Below are positions 41,763 to 43,369 of a DNA stretch of 43,369 bases, in pieces. The translations under genes and the position numbers were made by a program. This DNA is from a virus. Lineage: Duplodnaviria > Caudoviricetes. Below the pieces are notes generated by a model, which made no database searches, was not told the DNA's origin, and saw nothing but the letters and a program-made list of their open reading frames with translations. The stretch lies in IMG/VR virus record IMGVR_UViG_3300038406_000132, positions 1 through 43,369 of that record. One strand, 5' to 3'. The number at the start of each line of letters is the position of its first letter. The stretch's first letter is position 1.

Positions 41763-42461
41763 TCATGCCACTCTCCGTGTAACTCTTCTTTCGAACTCCA
41801 AGGTCAAACGTATCGTCTCGATGGCTTCTTCTACGTCGGACTCAGAAAAACGATGTCCGGTTTCATAGTGCTCGGCAAGCATAGCCAGCCCGAAATGCAG
41901 GATGGTGACGGCGCGCACGCCTTGCGTTTGCTGTGAGACTTGAGGATAGTACGCTGCGCCAAGCTGCCAGAGCGGGAGTTCATCTTCTGCGGCAGATTCG
42001 AGCCAGCGCAGGACCGGGCGAAACATCGGATGCACCGCCAATTTCGCCCGCGTGCACGCCTGCCCCATAGCTACGGCGCGGTCCGCCGGGCCGAGATTGC
42101 GGAAGGCATTGTCATAGCGGGGGAGAAGCTTCGATGTTGCTGGCCCCTTGTGGCGTGATCCGGCATAATGGCGCATGTAGCGAAGCGCGGCCTGGTATTC
42201 CTCGTTGGTGATGGTGCCGCGCCGCTCCAGATTGTCGAGAACCGGCGTGATCCGCCAGTAGTAGTTTGCAGTCGGGAAGCCGGATTCGGTGTGAATGAGC
42301 TTGGCCTTCACCTTCTGGCCTGCGTCGCGCGCCTTCTCAATGCGCTGCAGCGTCGGCGCGTGGTCTTCGCCGCCCGGCCCACGACGGGACAGGAACTGCT
42401 CAAGCTCCCGGGAGTGCTGCTCGACTGCGCTGCGTGTCTTTCTCGGCTTGCGGTCGGTCAT
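41763..42461 (-). CDS. DUF6456-like protein, putative late-gene regulator (232 aa)
   Basis: VLDNLERRGTITNEEYQAALRY..HY and C-terminal GLAMLAEHY; position upstream of the packaging genes. Confidence 0.65.
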   Translation of the reverse strand: MTDRKPRKTRSAVEQHSRELEQFLSRRGPGGEDHAPTLQRIEKARDAGQKVKAKLIHTESGFPTANYYWRITPVLDNLERRGTITNEEYQAALRYMRHYAGSRHKGPATSKLLPRYDNAFRNLGPADRAVAMGQACTRAKLAVHPMFRPVLRWLESAAEDELPLWQLGAAYYPQVSQQTQGVRAVTILHFGLAMLAEHYETGHRFSESDVEEAIETIRLTLEFERRVTRRVA

Positions 42462-42730
42462 TTGTGCTTGACCTCAATGACGGTGGTTTTGTTAGCCTCG
42501 TCCCGCCATAGCGTGGTCTCCGCATCAAGCGCCGCTATCTGGTGGTCATACGTGATTTCAACTTTGCCGCCAGCGGCGAGAACTGCGGCGGCAAGCAATC
42601 GAGCCTTGTCACGTTTCTCCCGATCGAGTTCCTGCTTGAGGGCGCTCACCACGCGGGCCGCTTGCGATACGAGTTCATCCATGTCGGATGCGTAGTCTTT
42701 GAAATCCACGTAATCGAAATCTTTTTTCAT
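42458..42730 (-). CDS. hypothetical protein (90 aa)
   Basis: ATGA coupling; coiled coil. Confidence 0.65.
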   Translation of the reverse strand: MKKDFDYVDFKDYASDMDELVSQAARVVSALKQELDREKRDKARLLAAAVLAAGGKVEITYDHQIAALDAETTLWRDEANKTTVIEVKHK

Positions 42731-42778
42731 TCTGCTTCTGTCCCCTCGATTTCAGCCCGTATAGCCTCGGCAATCATG

Positions 42779-43102
42779 TCACCTGCCGTCTGGCTTTGGC
42801 ATTTGGACGCTGAACCCGGCAAACGGACCTTCTTCCAGCTTGCCTTCGTCCTCATAGTCGGCATAATCGACCAGCAGAACGCCGTTACCCTTCGGAGTGA
42901 CGATGAATTTCGGAATGGCATCGTCGAACATGCTGCCGAGCGCGACCGTCGTGAACATCAGTTTGTCCACGCTTTTGAGGCCGTTCGCGAGATTGTGGTC
43001 AATATCGCGGCAGACCTCGGCCTTCACCTCGTCAAGCGTGTGGTGACGCTTCGCCAGTTCCTCGGCAAGCGGCGTGAATTCCAGCGTGTAAGCTTGGGTC
43101 AT
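42779..43102 (-). CDS. hypothetical protein (107 aa; start may be further upstream)
   Basis: GGGAGAGG SD before MTQAYTLEF, within ORF 42779..43264. Confidence 0.6.
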   Translation of the reverse strand: MTQAYTLEFTPLAEELAKRHHTLDEVKAEVCRDIDHNLANGLKSVDKLMFTTVALGSMFDDAIPKFIVTPKGNGVLLVDYADYEDEGKLEEGPFAGFSVQMPKPDGR

Positions 43103-43369
43103 ATTCCTCTCCCTCGCGTGCCTTACGGCTTGCTTCAGTCCGGTTATGATCTTTGAGCGCGCCACGGCTACAGCCCCGCGATCTTCGGGCGTTTGCGGAT
43201 GTTTACCCCCGCGCCGATGCCGACAACTTCCCCTGTTTGCATGGCGTCGCCGCGCGCCTTGCAAAGTGCGATATAATCAATATCTGCATAGACGTATTGC
43301 TGCGAAGCGAGGCCGCGAATGGTCGTTGAGGATTTCCGTGGACGAATCTCCCCGCTCATGGTGATCTGG

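Noticed and set aside
1-43369. Complete genome with terminal repeats
   Set aside because: No end-to-end repeat seen; replication, recombination and lysogeny genes are absent

Overview
Roughly 43 kb of a tailed dsDNA phage with podovirus-type gene order; a GC-rich, probably alphaproteobacterial host is inferred. One minus-strand late operon runs terS, terL, portal, GroES-like co-chaperonin, scaffold, major capsid protein, head-completion and tail-tube genes, tail fibre 1, GNAT, ejection proteins (one with a Peptidase_S74 domain), a 3385-aa polyvalent protein, tail fibre 2, a TIGR02594-type endolysin and overlapping spanins. Plus-strand accessory cassettes with their own sigma70 promoters and HTH regulators are interspersed. 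No integrase, replication module, RT or CRISPR array was seen, so the genome is probably incomplete. Most notable: (1) the giant protein is a string of effector-like modules, each bounded by a repeated D-x-x-F-A-L linker, and carries its own HExxH zincin, suggesting a self-processing, cassette-swapping injected polyprotein; (2) small genes at 39.8-40.6 kb are clamped by long-range RNA-type inverted repeats that compete with local hairpins; (3) a tRNA-like element with a closed anticodon arm sits in a dense palindrome array at 2.35-2.83 kb; (4) two small proteins carry an ungapped copy of the capsid E-loop motif. All family assignments come from motif recognition by eye, not database searches.
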